This document shows positions 47,550 through 56,262 of a stretch of DNA of 64,000 nucleotides, piece by piece. The DNA is from Candidatus Hadarchaeum sp. GTDB taxonomy: Archaea; Hadarchaeota; Hadarchaeia; Hadarchaeales; Hadarchaeaceae. Each line of letters opens with the position of its first letter. The first letter of the stretch is position 1. The stretch spans positions 1 through 64,000 of the forward strand of contig NZ_JAVZIN010000006.1 of NCBI RefSeq assembly GCF_038871235.1, given 5' to 3'. Under the pieces are notes generated by a model. The model was given only the letters and a program-made list of their open reading frames with translations. It did not search any database and was not told the DNA's origin. A program made the translations under genes and the position numbers.

Positions 47550-49112
47550 ATGAAAAGCTACGTCCCGGATACCAGCGCTCTCATGGACGCCCATCTCACC
47601 CGCTTGGTGAAGAGTGGCGAGCTTCAGGGTTGTCGAATCTTGGTGCCGAAAGTGGTAGTCGCACAGCTCGAACATGAGGCTAAGTTGGGGAAGGATTCTG
47701 GATTCAGTGGGCTCGCGGAACTAAGAAGGCTCAAGCAGTTTTCTGAGGAGGGCAAGATTGAACTGGAGCTGGTCGGTGACCGGCCAACAGCTGAGGTAAT
47801 CGCCGCAACCGTTGGTGCCGGCGTTCGGGAGGTGGCCCGCGCTCAAGGAGCCGTGTTGATAACCAGCGACGAGGTTATGGCAGAGGTTGGACAGATTGAG
47901 GGCCTCGAAGTCTGGCTTATGCGCCCTGTGCTTGCTGAAAGGATGCCAAGGTTGCTAGGATATTTTCGGCCAGGCGTGATGTCAGTTCACCTCAAGGAAA
48001 AGGTGCGTCCAATGGCCAAGGTAGGTCGTCCGGATAATCTGAGGCTGGAGGTGCTGGATGAGAAACCACTGACTGAAACCCAACTCCGGGAGATGATCCA
48101 TGAGATCATCGAGCGAGCCCGACAGGATCCAGAGGGCAGGGTTGAGATCGAGCGCTCTGGTGCCACGGTGGTGCAGTTCCACGAGTATCGCATAGCCATT
48201 GCCAGACCTCCGTTCAGTGATGGTCTGGAGATCACCGCCGTCAGGCCCATCGTCAAGGTAACTCTGGATGACTATCACCTTTCCGAGAAACTTAAGGAGC
48301 GATTGCGGAAGCGAGCTGAGGGGGTGTTGATCGCTGGACCGCCAGGGGCCGGTAAGACCACCTTTGCTCAGGCGCTCGCCGAGTTCTACCGCTCACAGGG
48401 AAAGATAGTCAAGACGATGGAATCGCCGCGGGATCTGCAGGTTAGCGACGAGATTACTCAGTACACAGCGCTGGAGGATGATATGGCGAAGACCGCGGAC
48501 ATCCTACTTATGGTGAGACCAGATTACACCATCTACGATGAGTTGCGCAAGACCTCTGATTTCCAGATATTCGCCGACATGCGGCTAGCTGGGGTTGGGA
48601 TGGTGGGTGTGGTACATTCAACCAGAGCCATCGACGCGGTGCAAAGGTTGATCGGCCGGGTTGAGCTGGGAATGATCCCTATGATTGCCGACACGGTAAT
48701 TTTCATAAAGGAGGGTCAGATAAAGGAGGTCTATTCCCTGAGCACGAGGGTTGGTGTCCCCCACGGCATGGTTGAGGCTGACCTTGCCCGCCCCATGGTT
48801 GAGGTCACCGACTTTGAAACCGGCGAGCCGGTTTACCAGATCTACTCCTTCGGCGAGGAAGTGGTGGTGATGCCCGTGAGGGGTGAACTATCTCGAAATG
48901 AAAAAAGGAAAGCTGAGATGATAAGGTCCGAGATCAGGCGCTTGGTCGGCGGCGATGTGGAGGTGAAGATGATTTCGGCGGACAGTGCGTTGGTGGTTGC
49001 CGACGAGGATGACATCTCCAGGATTATCGGACGTGGCGGTCGTACCGTTGAGAGGCTGGAGCGCAAGCTCGGCGTTCGCATCGAGGTCCGGAGCCGGGAG
49101 TCGGAGGAATGA
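47550..49112 (+). CDS. PINc/VapC-family ATPase with KH domain (PINA-like)
   Basis: YVPDTS (PIN), IAGPPGAGKTT, ESPRDLQ, RPDYTIYDE.RK, MVGVVH, IIGRGG (KH). Confidence 0.9.
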   Translation: MKSYVPDTSALMDAHLTRLVKSGELQGCRILVPKVVVAQLEHEAKLGKDSGFSGLAELRRLKQFSEEGKIELELVGDRPTAEVIAATVGAGVREVARAQGAVLITSDEVMAEVGQIEGLEVWLMRPVLAERMPRLLGYFRPGVMSVHLKEKVRPMAKVGRPDNLRLEVLDEKPLTETQLREMIHEIIERARQDPEGRVEIERSGATVVQFHEYRIAIARPPFSDGLEITAVRPIVKVTLDDYHLSEKLKERLRKRAEGVLIAGPPGAGKTTFAQALAEFYRSQGKIVKTMESPRDLQVSDEITQYTALEDDMAKTADILLMVRPDYTIYDELRKTSDFQIFADMRLAGVGMVGVVHSTRAIDAVQRLIGRVELGMIPMIADTVIFIKEGQIKEVYSLSTRVGVPHGMVEADLARPMVEVTDFETGEPVYQIYSFGEEVVVMPVRGELSRNEKRKAEMIRSEIRRLVGGDVEVKMISADSALVVADEDDISRIIGRGGRTVERLERKLGVRIEVRSRESEE

Positions 49113-49205
49113 GAGCTGTAAAATTTACTCGGTTAAGCTGATTCTAGGGTTCAAATCCTCAATTTAACGCAAATCTTTTTAACAACGGTTGTTCAGTTAG
49201 AGACA

Positions 49206-50594
49206 ATGGCGAGCCTTCTCATCAAAGATGCCAAATATGTGGTGACGGTTGATTCCAAGCGCCGGGTTATTCGCGATGGAGCAGTAGTCATTGATGGAAT
49301 GAAAATAGTCGATGTTGGCAAGTCCTCGGAGCTCAAGCGCAAATACCCGCGAGCCGAGACAATTGATGCCAGAAACAAGATCATTATGCCAGGACTGTTT
49401 GACTGTCATGCCCATTCCTATCAGAACATGATTCGCGGCATGGCCTTTGTGCTGCCGAGGCGACAGCGTGGAGCTTTTCTTCTGGGACCAACGCTGCGTT
49501 TGCAGGGCGTTTACACTCCGGAGGATGCCAAAGCCTCGATGGCACTGAACTGTCTGGAGTACATCAAGTCCGGGGTCATCGGTTTCTGTGATTGGGGAAT
49601 AAACCTGAGGTACAAGATCGACGGTCTCGCCGAGGTAGTTCGTGATTCCGGGATAAGAGGTGTGCTGGGTAAATCAGTCATGGAATTTCCCGATTATGGT
49701 TCATGCAAAAACGTGATTGATAAGGGATTGATCGAGGATAAGGATGAGTGCATTAGGGACACGATAAGGGCGATAAAAAAGTGGCATGGTAAAGCCGATG
49801 GAAGAATTCAGATCTGGTTTGGACCTAGAAGCGTCGGTGCCCTATCAGTGGAAACATACAAGGAGATTGCCCTTTTGGTCAAAAAGTACAAGGTCGGCAT
49901 CACCTACCATCTCGCTGAACTGGGTGAGCTCGACACGGGTTTTATCTGGAACACCTATGGCATGTCGCCGGTGGAATTTATGAAATCGGTTGGCTGGGTC
50001 GGTCCAAACGTGAGCTTCAACCACTGCCTTTACCTAACCGGGATTGACTACAAGATCCTGATGGAAACGGGTACCAACGTCGTTCATTGTCCGGGAACCG
50101 GATTTGACACCCGGGTGCAGGACATGCTCCAGATGGGTATCAATGTGGCCCTCGGCTGCGATGGCGGACATGAGACCAACGACATCTTTTTGGCCATGAA
50201 GCTGGAAAAGGTGCTTCAGAACAGAACCCCGCGTCGGGATCTGACCATCCTATATCCGGAGAAGCTGATTGAGATGGCCACGATCAACGGTGCCAGAGCT
50301 CTGATGTGGGATAAGGAAACGGGATCTATCGAGAAGGGCAAAAAGGCCGACTTGATCTTGGTGGATCTCAACAGGCCGTCGCTGACGCCGATACTGAATC
50401 CCGTTAATGACATCCCCTCCCGCGTCCTCGGTAGCGACGTTGATACCGTCATCGTCAACGGTGAGATTCTGATGGAGAACCGAATCGTGAAGAGCATGGA
50501 TGAGGCCAAGGTTATCGAAGAGGCAAAGAAACGGGCTGAGGAAGTTAGAGAAAGAGCAGGATATGAAATCGAGTGGCACTGGCCCGAGATTTGA
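49206..50594 (+). CDS. Amidohydrolase (SsnA/MtaD/AtzA-like deaminase family)
   Basis: PGL.DCHAH, YHLAE, NHC, ALGCDG, MATINGA, GSIEKGKKAD. Confidence 0.9.
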   Translation: MASLLIKDAKYVVTVDSKRRVIRDGAVVIDGMKIVDVGKSSELKRKYPRAETIDARNKIIMPGLFDCHAHSYQNMIRGMAFVLPRRQRGAFLLGPTLRLQGVYTPEDAKASMALNCLEYIKSGVIGFCDWGINLRYKIDGLAEVVRDSGIRGVLGKSVMEFPDYGSCKNVIDKGLIEDKDECIRDTIRAIKKWHGKADGRIQIWFGPRSVGALSVETYKEIALLVKKYKVGITYHLAELGELDTGFIWNTYGMSPVEFMKSVGWVGPNVSFNHCLYLTGIDYKILMETGTNVVHCPGTGFDTRVQDMLQMGINVALGCDGGHETNDIFLAMKLEKVLQNRTPRRDLTILYPEKLIEMATINGARALMWDKETGSIEKGKKADLILVDLNRPSLTPILNPVNDIPSRVLGSDVDTVIVNGEILMENRIVKSMDEAKVIEEAKKRAEEVRERAGYEIEWHWPEI

Positions 50595-50691
50595 GTAAGA
50601 GCGATTGATATTTTTGGCAGACCAGCAGATTGGCTAAGTTGGTTGGTCCATAAATTATGGAATGTTTTAAAAGAGTTGGGCTCAAAGGGGT

Positions 50692-51867
50692 ATGGAGCTG
50701 AAAAGTATGAGGGACGTAGCCATTATTGGAGCCGGCATGACTAAATTCGGCCGATCTCCCGGCGATCTGATGGAGATTATGGCCGAGGCCTCGTTGCGTG
50801 CAATAAAACATGCCAACGTGGAAAAAGAGGAATTTGACGCCCTGTATGTTTCGAACATGATGGCAGGAGAAACCTCACACCAGACGGCAGTAGCTAGCTC
50901 CTTGGCAGACAGGATTGCCTTAGTACCAGCCGCAGCCGACAGAGTCGAGAATGGGCCTGCGTCGGGAGGTTCCGCGATTAAAAACGCCTTTCTGGCAGTT
51001 GCTTCAGGTTACCACGATTTAGTTCTGGTCACCGGGGGAGAAAAGATGACCACGGCCGACACCGATGTCGTAACCGATCTGGTGGCGACAATGACACACC
51101 CCACGGCTGAATACATCCATGGGGTTACCCTTCCCGCGATGGGAGGAATGCTTACTCGGCTTTACATGGAAAGATACGGTTTAACAGAGAAGCACTTGGC
51201 GATGGTTGCCGTGAAAAATCACGCCAACGCTCTCAAGAATCCTTATGCCCACATCCAGCGGGCCTGCACTATTGAGGGGGCCATGAGCTCAGGAGTTATA
51301 GCCGATCCGCTGCGTCTTTACTATGTTTGCCCAATCAGCGACGGGGCAGCGTCATTGGTGCTATGTCCGCTGGAGAAGGCCAAGAAATATACCGACAAGC
51401 CGGTGAGGATTGCGGGATTTGGTCAGGCAACCGATGTTCAAGCCCTGCAGGAAAGAGACGATCCAACGGTGCTGAAATCCGTTAGGATAGCTGCCCAGAG
51501 AGCTTTCAAGATGGCCGGGGTTACACCTGATGACATCGACGTTGTTGAGTTGCACGATGCCTTTGAGATACTGGAGATAGCCGAGAGCGAGGACATCGGC
51601 TTTTTTGAGAAGGGCAAAGGTCATTTGGCCGTAGAGAAAGGCACCACCGCCCTGGATGGTGATTTGCCCATCAATCCTTCAGGAGGACTAAAGGCGCGGG
51701 GGCATGCGGTTGGTGCTACCGGGGTTGCCCAAGTGGTTGAGCTGGTCTGGCAGCTGCGCGGAGAGGCCGGTGAGCGGCAGGTCAAGGAGCCGAAGAGGGC
51801 CCTGTCTTGCAACTTCGGTGGCTTCGGAAACAACACCGTGATACACATCTTTGAGAGGGGGTGGTGA
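50692..51867 (+). CDS. Archaeal/SCP2-type thiolase-fold protein lacking the canonical nucleophile Cys
   Basis: IGAGMTKFG, VENGPASGG (usually VE.ACASG), AVKNH.NA..NP.A, ELHDAF, NPSGGL...GH.VGATG. Confidence 0.88.
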   Translation: MELKSMRDVAIIGAGMTKFGRSPGDLMEIMAEASLRAIKHANVEKEEFDALYVSNMMAGETSHQTAVASSLADRIALVPAAADRVENGPASGGSAIKNAFLAVASGYHDLVLVTGGEKMTTADTDVVTDLVATMTHPTAEYIHGVTLPAMGGMLTRLYMERYGLTEKHLAMVAVKNHANALKNPYAHIQRACTIEGAMSSGVIADPLRLYYVCPISDGAASLVLCPLEKAKKYTDKPVRIAGFGQATDVQALQERDDPTVLKSVRIAAQRAFKMAGVTPDDIDVVELHDAFEILEIAESEDIGFFEKGKGHLAVEKGTTALDGDLPINPSGGLKARGHAVGATGVAQVVELVWQLRGEAGERQVKEPKRALSCNFGGFGNNTVIHIFERGW

Positions 51868-52211
51868 TGGTGGAGCAAAAGTTTGTAGCTTACAAGTGCC
51901 GGTCGTGTGGCCGAGTGATGAACCCCAAGCATGATCGATGTCTCACCTGCAAAGGTATGGAGTTTGACGAGATTGAGCTGCCCAAGGTTGGGAAGCTCGT
52001 CACTTACACCAAGCTTTATGCATTGCCGCAGGGAATTGAGGCGCTGCCGCCTTTGACACTCGGCATAGTTGATTTCGATGGTGTCAGGGTGCTCGGACAG
52101 CTTACCACCGACGAGCCAGCTATAGGGATGTCGCTGAGGCCCGTCTGGGGAAAGATCAGGAAACTAAATGACAAAGATATTTATGGGTTTAAGTTTGAAC
52201 CTGTAAGCTGA
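51867..52211 (+). CDS. DUF35 zinc-ribbon/OB-fold protein
   Basis: C..CG....P....C..C then G.L.TYT; TGATG overlap with the thiolase. Confidence 0.88.
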   Translation: MVEQKFVAYKCRSCGRVMNPKHDRCLTCKGMEFDEIELPKVGKLVTYTKLYALPQGIEALPPLTLGIVDFDGVRVLGQLTTDEPAIGMSLRPVWGKIRKLNDKDIYGFKFEPVS

Positions 52212-52233
52212 GAATAAAAAAGGAGGTAAGATA

Positions 52234-52821
52234 ATGGATTACGACTGGAGCAAAGTGATGAAGCCTTATCCGCCGCGGAGAATAATCCTGCCCAACGGGG
52301 ACGAGATGATAGTGAAGAGCATGGAGAAGAGCGAGATCGAGGAAGTCTGCGATGCATTGATTCCAAATCTGAAGATACACAAGGAATGGTTTGACCTAGT
52401 TACAGCAGAGATGATAACTGAGTTCTATCTCTGGCGTGAGAATAGACCCATGTGGGGTTTGCCAGCTGAGAGTCATTTCAACCTTGTTGGTAGAGTCGAT
52501 GGTGAGGTGGTCGGCGTCACCAACGGTGCCCTGAGAGACCCCAAGACAGGTTGCAGCCTGCACACAACCACGCTGAAACGAGGTCTGCAGATCGGTGCTT
52601 ATCTCTGGCCTTGCAAACTTGAGATGTATTTTGATGTCTTAGGCGTTGATGTGGTGGAGGCAAGTGCGGAGAGCTTGATCGGTGGTCGAAAGCTGTTTCA
52701 GGCCTATGGTTTCACCCCACACCCAGACAAAAAGAGCCACTTTGGTACAATGTTACAAACAATGACAAAACAACAGTGGGACAGGATAAAGGCCGGTAAA
52801 CTTGTAGGCGAGAGGATCTAG
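52234..52821 (+). CDS. Hypothetical protein, GNAT-like fold
   Basis: AGGAGGT RBS; VGRVDGEVVG, KRGLQIG (motif A-like), ES..G.R.LF..YGF. Confidence 0.6.
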   Translation: MDYDWSKVMKPYPPRRIILPNGDEMIVKSMEKSEIEEVCDALIPNLKIHKEWFDLVTAEMITEFYLWRENRPMWGLPAESHFNLVGRVDGEVVGVTNGALRDPKTGCSLHTTTLKRGLQIGAYLWPCKLEMYFDVLGVDVVEASAESLIGGRKLFQAYGFTPHPDKKSHFGTMLQTMTKQQWDRIKAGKLVGERI

Positions 52822-52843
52822 GTCTCAGCACATCTTGAAACTG

Positions 52844-52879
52844 GGCGGGCTTCTCTCGGGCCCGCCGTTGTCCCTTTTC
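52844..52879 (+). terminator. Hairpin terminator after the thiolase operon
   Basis: GGCGGGC-ttctctcgg-GCCCGCC followed by a pyrimidine tract. Confidence 0.5.
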
Positions 52880-52929
52880 ACCTCAACAGTTTTTATTCAG
52901 AAAAATTGTCCAGTTGTATTGGCCGGGTT

Positions 52930-53529
52930 TTATAGATCATTAGGGGAGTTAATGTTGTTGAACGATTTTAGACTAGGGTCAATTTTTTCCAGATCCTCAG
53001 GTGCGATATAGATGACGTCGTCTAGAAGATTGATAGCATCAATCATCCGGAATTTATTCTTTTTTCTTGCCTCAATTATTGCGCCGGTCAGTTTCTTTGT
53101 TCGGTAGACAGCCTGAAGGGGCTCTATGTAGCCATTGGGCCATCTAAGAATAGCTCCATCGTGTCCCCTAGCGCGGAAATACAAAAATTCAACTACCTCT
53201 GGCTTGATCCAAGGACAATCACAGGCGAGGACGGCAACATACTCTGAGCTAACAACGGGGAGCGATGAAAACAAGCCGATCATTGGACCCTCTTCAGAAC
53301 TTTTATCTACCACAACTTTGGCTTCGGGAAATGTCCTCGCGAGATCTTCCTGATATAGTTTGCAGGAGATGATTATTTCACCTGAAAGTTTCTTTATTTT
53401 CTCGAAGACGTGTTTGATCAAGGGTTGTCCATTAACTTCGTAGAAAGCTTTAGGGCAGCCCATTCTTTTGCTGTCGCCACCAGCCAGGATTAAGACGGCA
53501 AATTTTTCCCTGAAACCATAATTGTTCAT
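52930..53529 (-). CDS. mobA: Molybdenum cofactor guanylyltransferase
   Basis: LAGG.S.RMG..K, GP..G, LACD.P, EPL.AVY, F.NIN.P.DL. Confidence 0.92.
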   Translation of the reverse strand: MNNYGFREKFAVLILAGGDSKRMGCPKAFYEVNGQPLIKHVFEKIKKLSGEIIISCKLYQEDLARTFPEAKVVVDKSSEEGPMIGLFSSLPVVSSEYVAVLACDCPWIKPEVVEFLYFRARGHDGAILRWPNGYIEPLQAVYRTKKLTGAIIEARKKNKFRMIDAINLLDDVIYIAPEDLEKIDPSLKSFNNINSPNDL

Positions 53530-53690
53530 GCTAACCGATTGGATATTTGTAATGTCTGTTTATGAGTTTAACCGTAAGTTTTCTGATTTATGGCCGCTAT
53601 GGGTCAAATGATACAGATCATGGAATTTCATCAAAACTCTTTTAAAGAATCCATCTTAGGATAATAGGAACAAAATCAGAGGGCGAAAAT

Positions 53691-54959
53691 TTGGAGACCA
53701 TTGAGAAAAAAATCGATGAGGCTAACAGACTGTGTGTGGAAAGAATTATGGAATCACATCCTGTTCTGGTAGACATTGATCACGCGATAAATGTGATCCC
53801 AGGGATGGAAGAACGAATGGTTCTGCACAGCGGCCCCCCGCTTTCCAGAGGCTGGGATGAAATGGTTGGCCCCATGAGGGGTGCCGTTATTGGAGCCATG
53901 ATTTATGAGGGTTGGGCAAAATCGGAGGCTGAAGCAATCGAACTCATCAGAAAAGGTGAAATAAAGTTTGATTCTACCTCCAACCATAGTGCTGCGGCCC
54001 CGATGGCGGGAATAGTGACACCTTCCATGCCCGCTTTCGTGGTCAAGAACAAAACCTATGGCAACTTTGCCTATTGCAATGTCAACGAGGGACTTGGTAA
54101 GGCCCTGAGGTTCGGCGCCAACGACGAGCAGGTGATAGCACGGCTTCACTGGATAGAGAAGACACTGATGCCGGCCCTGAAAGTGGTGTTGAGGGAGGGC
54201 GAAATTGACCTCAAGGAGCTGATCGAAGCCTCACTGCACCGAGGTGATGAATGTCACAACAGAAACAAGACGGTTTCCCTGTTGTTTTTGAGCGAAATTT
54301 TGCCCCGACTCCTTCGTTCCGATTTGGATAGGAATCAGGTTGCTGAGGTGGTCGATTTCATCCGGGGCAACCCTCACTTTTTCCTAAACCTCTCCATCCC
54401 GTCGAGCAAGTCTTCTCTGGACGCGGCCAACAACATTGAGTACAGCACTGTGGTTACCGGATTCTGCACTAACGGCGTCAACTTCGGCATGAGGGTCAGC
54501 GGCATCGGCGACAGGTGGATTACGGCACCATCCATTCACGCCAAGGGAAAGTACTTCAAGGGCTTTAAGGAGGGCGATGACGCTCCGGTGCTGGGTGACT
54601 CATATTACTCCGAACCTGCGGGCATTGGCGGCTTTGCCATGGCGGCAGCTCCGGCGATAGTCAGTTTTATCGGCGGGGAGCCAGACTTGGGAATTAAGAC
54701 CACACTGGAGATGTACCAGATAACGGTGACCGAACACAAGTACTTTAAGATCGCCAATTTAGGATATCGGGGTACTCCGCTAGGCATCGACATCAGAAAG
54801 GTGCTGAGAACTGGAATCTTGCCTGTGATCAACACTGGCATGGCGCATAAGGATCCGGGAATCGGCCAGGTGGGAGCAGGAATAATCAGGGTCCCGATGG
54901 AGCTCTTCAGAAAGGCGCAGATTGAATTCGAAAGAAGATATGGAATAAAAATTGTTTGA
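53691..54959 (+). CDS. DUF1116 (YlbE/AllG-like) protein
   Basis: LHSGPP...W..M.GPM.GA..GA..YEG, PMAG..TPSM, NEGLGK.LRFGA, GDECHNRN, HFFLNL, GDS, PVINTG.AH..PG.GQVGAG. Confidence 0.88.
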   Translation: METIEKKIDEANRLCVERIMESHPVLVDIDHAINVIPGMEERMVLHSGPPLSRGWDEMVGPMRGAVIGAMIYEGWAKSEAEAIELIRKGEIKFDSTSNHSAAAPMAGIVTPSMPAFVVKNKTYGNFAYCNVNEGLGKALRFGANDEQVIARLHWIEKTLMPALKVVLREGEIDLKELIEASLHRGDECHNRNKTVSLLFLSEILPRLLRSDLDRNQVAEVVDFIRGNPHFFLNLSIPSSKSSLDAANNIEYSTVVTGFCTNGVNFGMRVSGIGDRWITAPSIHAKGKYFKGFKEGDDAPVLGDSYYSEPAGIGGFAMAAAPAIVSFIGGEPDLGIKTTLEMYQITVTEHKYFKIANLGYRGTPLGIDIRKVLRTGILPVINTGMAHKDPGIGQVGAGIIRVPMELFRKAQIEFERRYGIKIV

Positions 54960-55036
54960 AACTTCATTTGGAAAATCTAGGAATTTTGAAAATGTATATA
55001 AGCACCTCAGGTAAGTTGTATTCAAAAAGTGATTCT

Positions 55037-55801
55037 ATGAAAAAAATGAAAGTGATTGACCTTACTCAACCTTGGGGAATGAACACGCCGCCGTGGCCGG
55101 GAGGAAAAGCGCCAACGATAAGATATGTGAACATGATCTCCACTGATGGCTACAGTCAGCAAGAGATCACCTTTACCACCCACATTGGAACCCACCTCGA
55201 TGGCCCGCTGCACTTTGACCCAAAGGGCAGGGACCTAGCCAGTTTACCTATGGACAAGCTGGTCGGTGAGGGAGTCGTGGTGGATGTCAGCGAGGTTGGC
55301 CCCTTCGGGATTTACACGCCGAAGCACGTGACGAGCAAGGTTGACGTTAAGAAGGGGGACATACTGATTATCCACACCGGTTTCCACAAATACTACGCCA
55401 ACGCTGAGGAGCCAGATGAGGTCGCCTATTTCTACAAGCATCCCGGGCCGCACAGGGAGTTCAGGGACTGGGTGGCGGAGATGAAGTTCAAGTGGATCGG
55501 AGTTGACTGCGGTTCAGCCGATCATCCAATGAACACTGGCCTTCAGAAGCTCAACCCGCTCGTCGCCAAGGAAGCGGAGAAAAAGCTGGGGAAGCCATTG
55601 AGCGAGATCTTCCCTCCAGAGATGGATCACATGATGCACAACACCCTATTCAAGCAACCCCATGAAATAATTCACGTGGAGAACATTGGCGGGGACATCG
55701 ATAAGGTGCTGAACAAAAGGATGATAATTGGGTGCTTCCCGCTCAAGACAATCGGCGGTGAATCCACACCCTGCCGGGTTGTGGCATTCCTTTTTGAGTA
55801 A
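55037..55801 (+). CDS. Cyclase / kynurenine formamidase-like metal hydrolase
   Basis: IDLTQP, HIGTHLDGP.H, GVD..SADHP, HVEN, P.R.VA; start MKKMKV at 55037. Confidence 0.88.
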   Translation: MKKMKVIDLTQPWGMNTPPWPGGKAPTIRYVNMISTDGYSQQEITFTTHIGTHLDGPLHFDPKGRDLASLPMDKLVGEGVVVDVSEVGPFGIYTPKHVTSKVDVKKGDILIIHTGFHKYYANAEEPDEVAYFYKHPGPHREFRDWVAEMKFKWIGVDCGSADHPMNTGLQKLNPLVAKEAEKKLGKPLSEIFPPEMDHMMHNTLFKQPHEIIHVENIGGDIDKVLNKRMIIGCFPLKTIGGESTPCRVVAFLFE

Positions 55802-55811
55802 AAGAAAAGAG

Positions 55812-55845
55812 GTGGCAGCCCGAAGCTGCCACTGTTTTTTATTTT
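55812..55845. terminator. Bidirectional terminator between convergent cyclase and Rid genes
   Basis: A-rich flank, GTGGCAGC-ccgaa-GCTGCCAC hairpin, then TGTTTTTTATTTT. Confidence 0.7.
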
Positions 55846-56226
55846 TCAACGCAGAGCGGCGATGCCATCGATCTCGATCAGCAGATCCTCCATAATGAGG
55901 TTCTTGACCGCGATCAGGGTGCTGGCTGGGGGATCCTTCTTAAAGTACTCCGACCTTATCTGCCTGAATTTAGCCAAGTTTTTGATGTCGGTTAGGTAGA
56001 TCCTTATCTGAACGAGGTCGTCGAGGGTTCCACCCTCAGCGGCTAGGATGGTCCGCAGATTCTCGAAAACCTGTCTCACCTGCTTTTCAAAGTCACCCTT
56101 GCCGACAATTTCCCCCTTGGCGTTTTCAGCGATTTGTCCTGAAATAAAGAGAAGGTTGCCCACCCTGATTGCTGGAGAATATCCCGTAGGTTTGGGCAGA
56201 CCTTCCGGAACGACTATTTTTTTCAC
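55846..56226 (-). CDS. Rid/YjgF/UK114 family protein (non-Arg, PAST type)
   Basis: YSPA, LFISGQ, Q..QVFENL, PPASTL, IEIDGIA. Confidence 0.9.
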   Translation of the reverse strand: MKKIVVPEGLPKPTGYSPAIRVGNLLFISGQIAENAKGEIVGKGDFEKQVRQVFENLRTILAAEGGTLDDLVQIRIYLTDIKNLAKFRQIRSEYFKKDPPASTLIAVKNLIMEDLLIEIDGIAALR

Positions 56227-56262
56227 TTGCTCACCTCCTAAGTGGAACTGTTTTTGTCGGTC

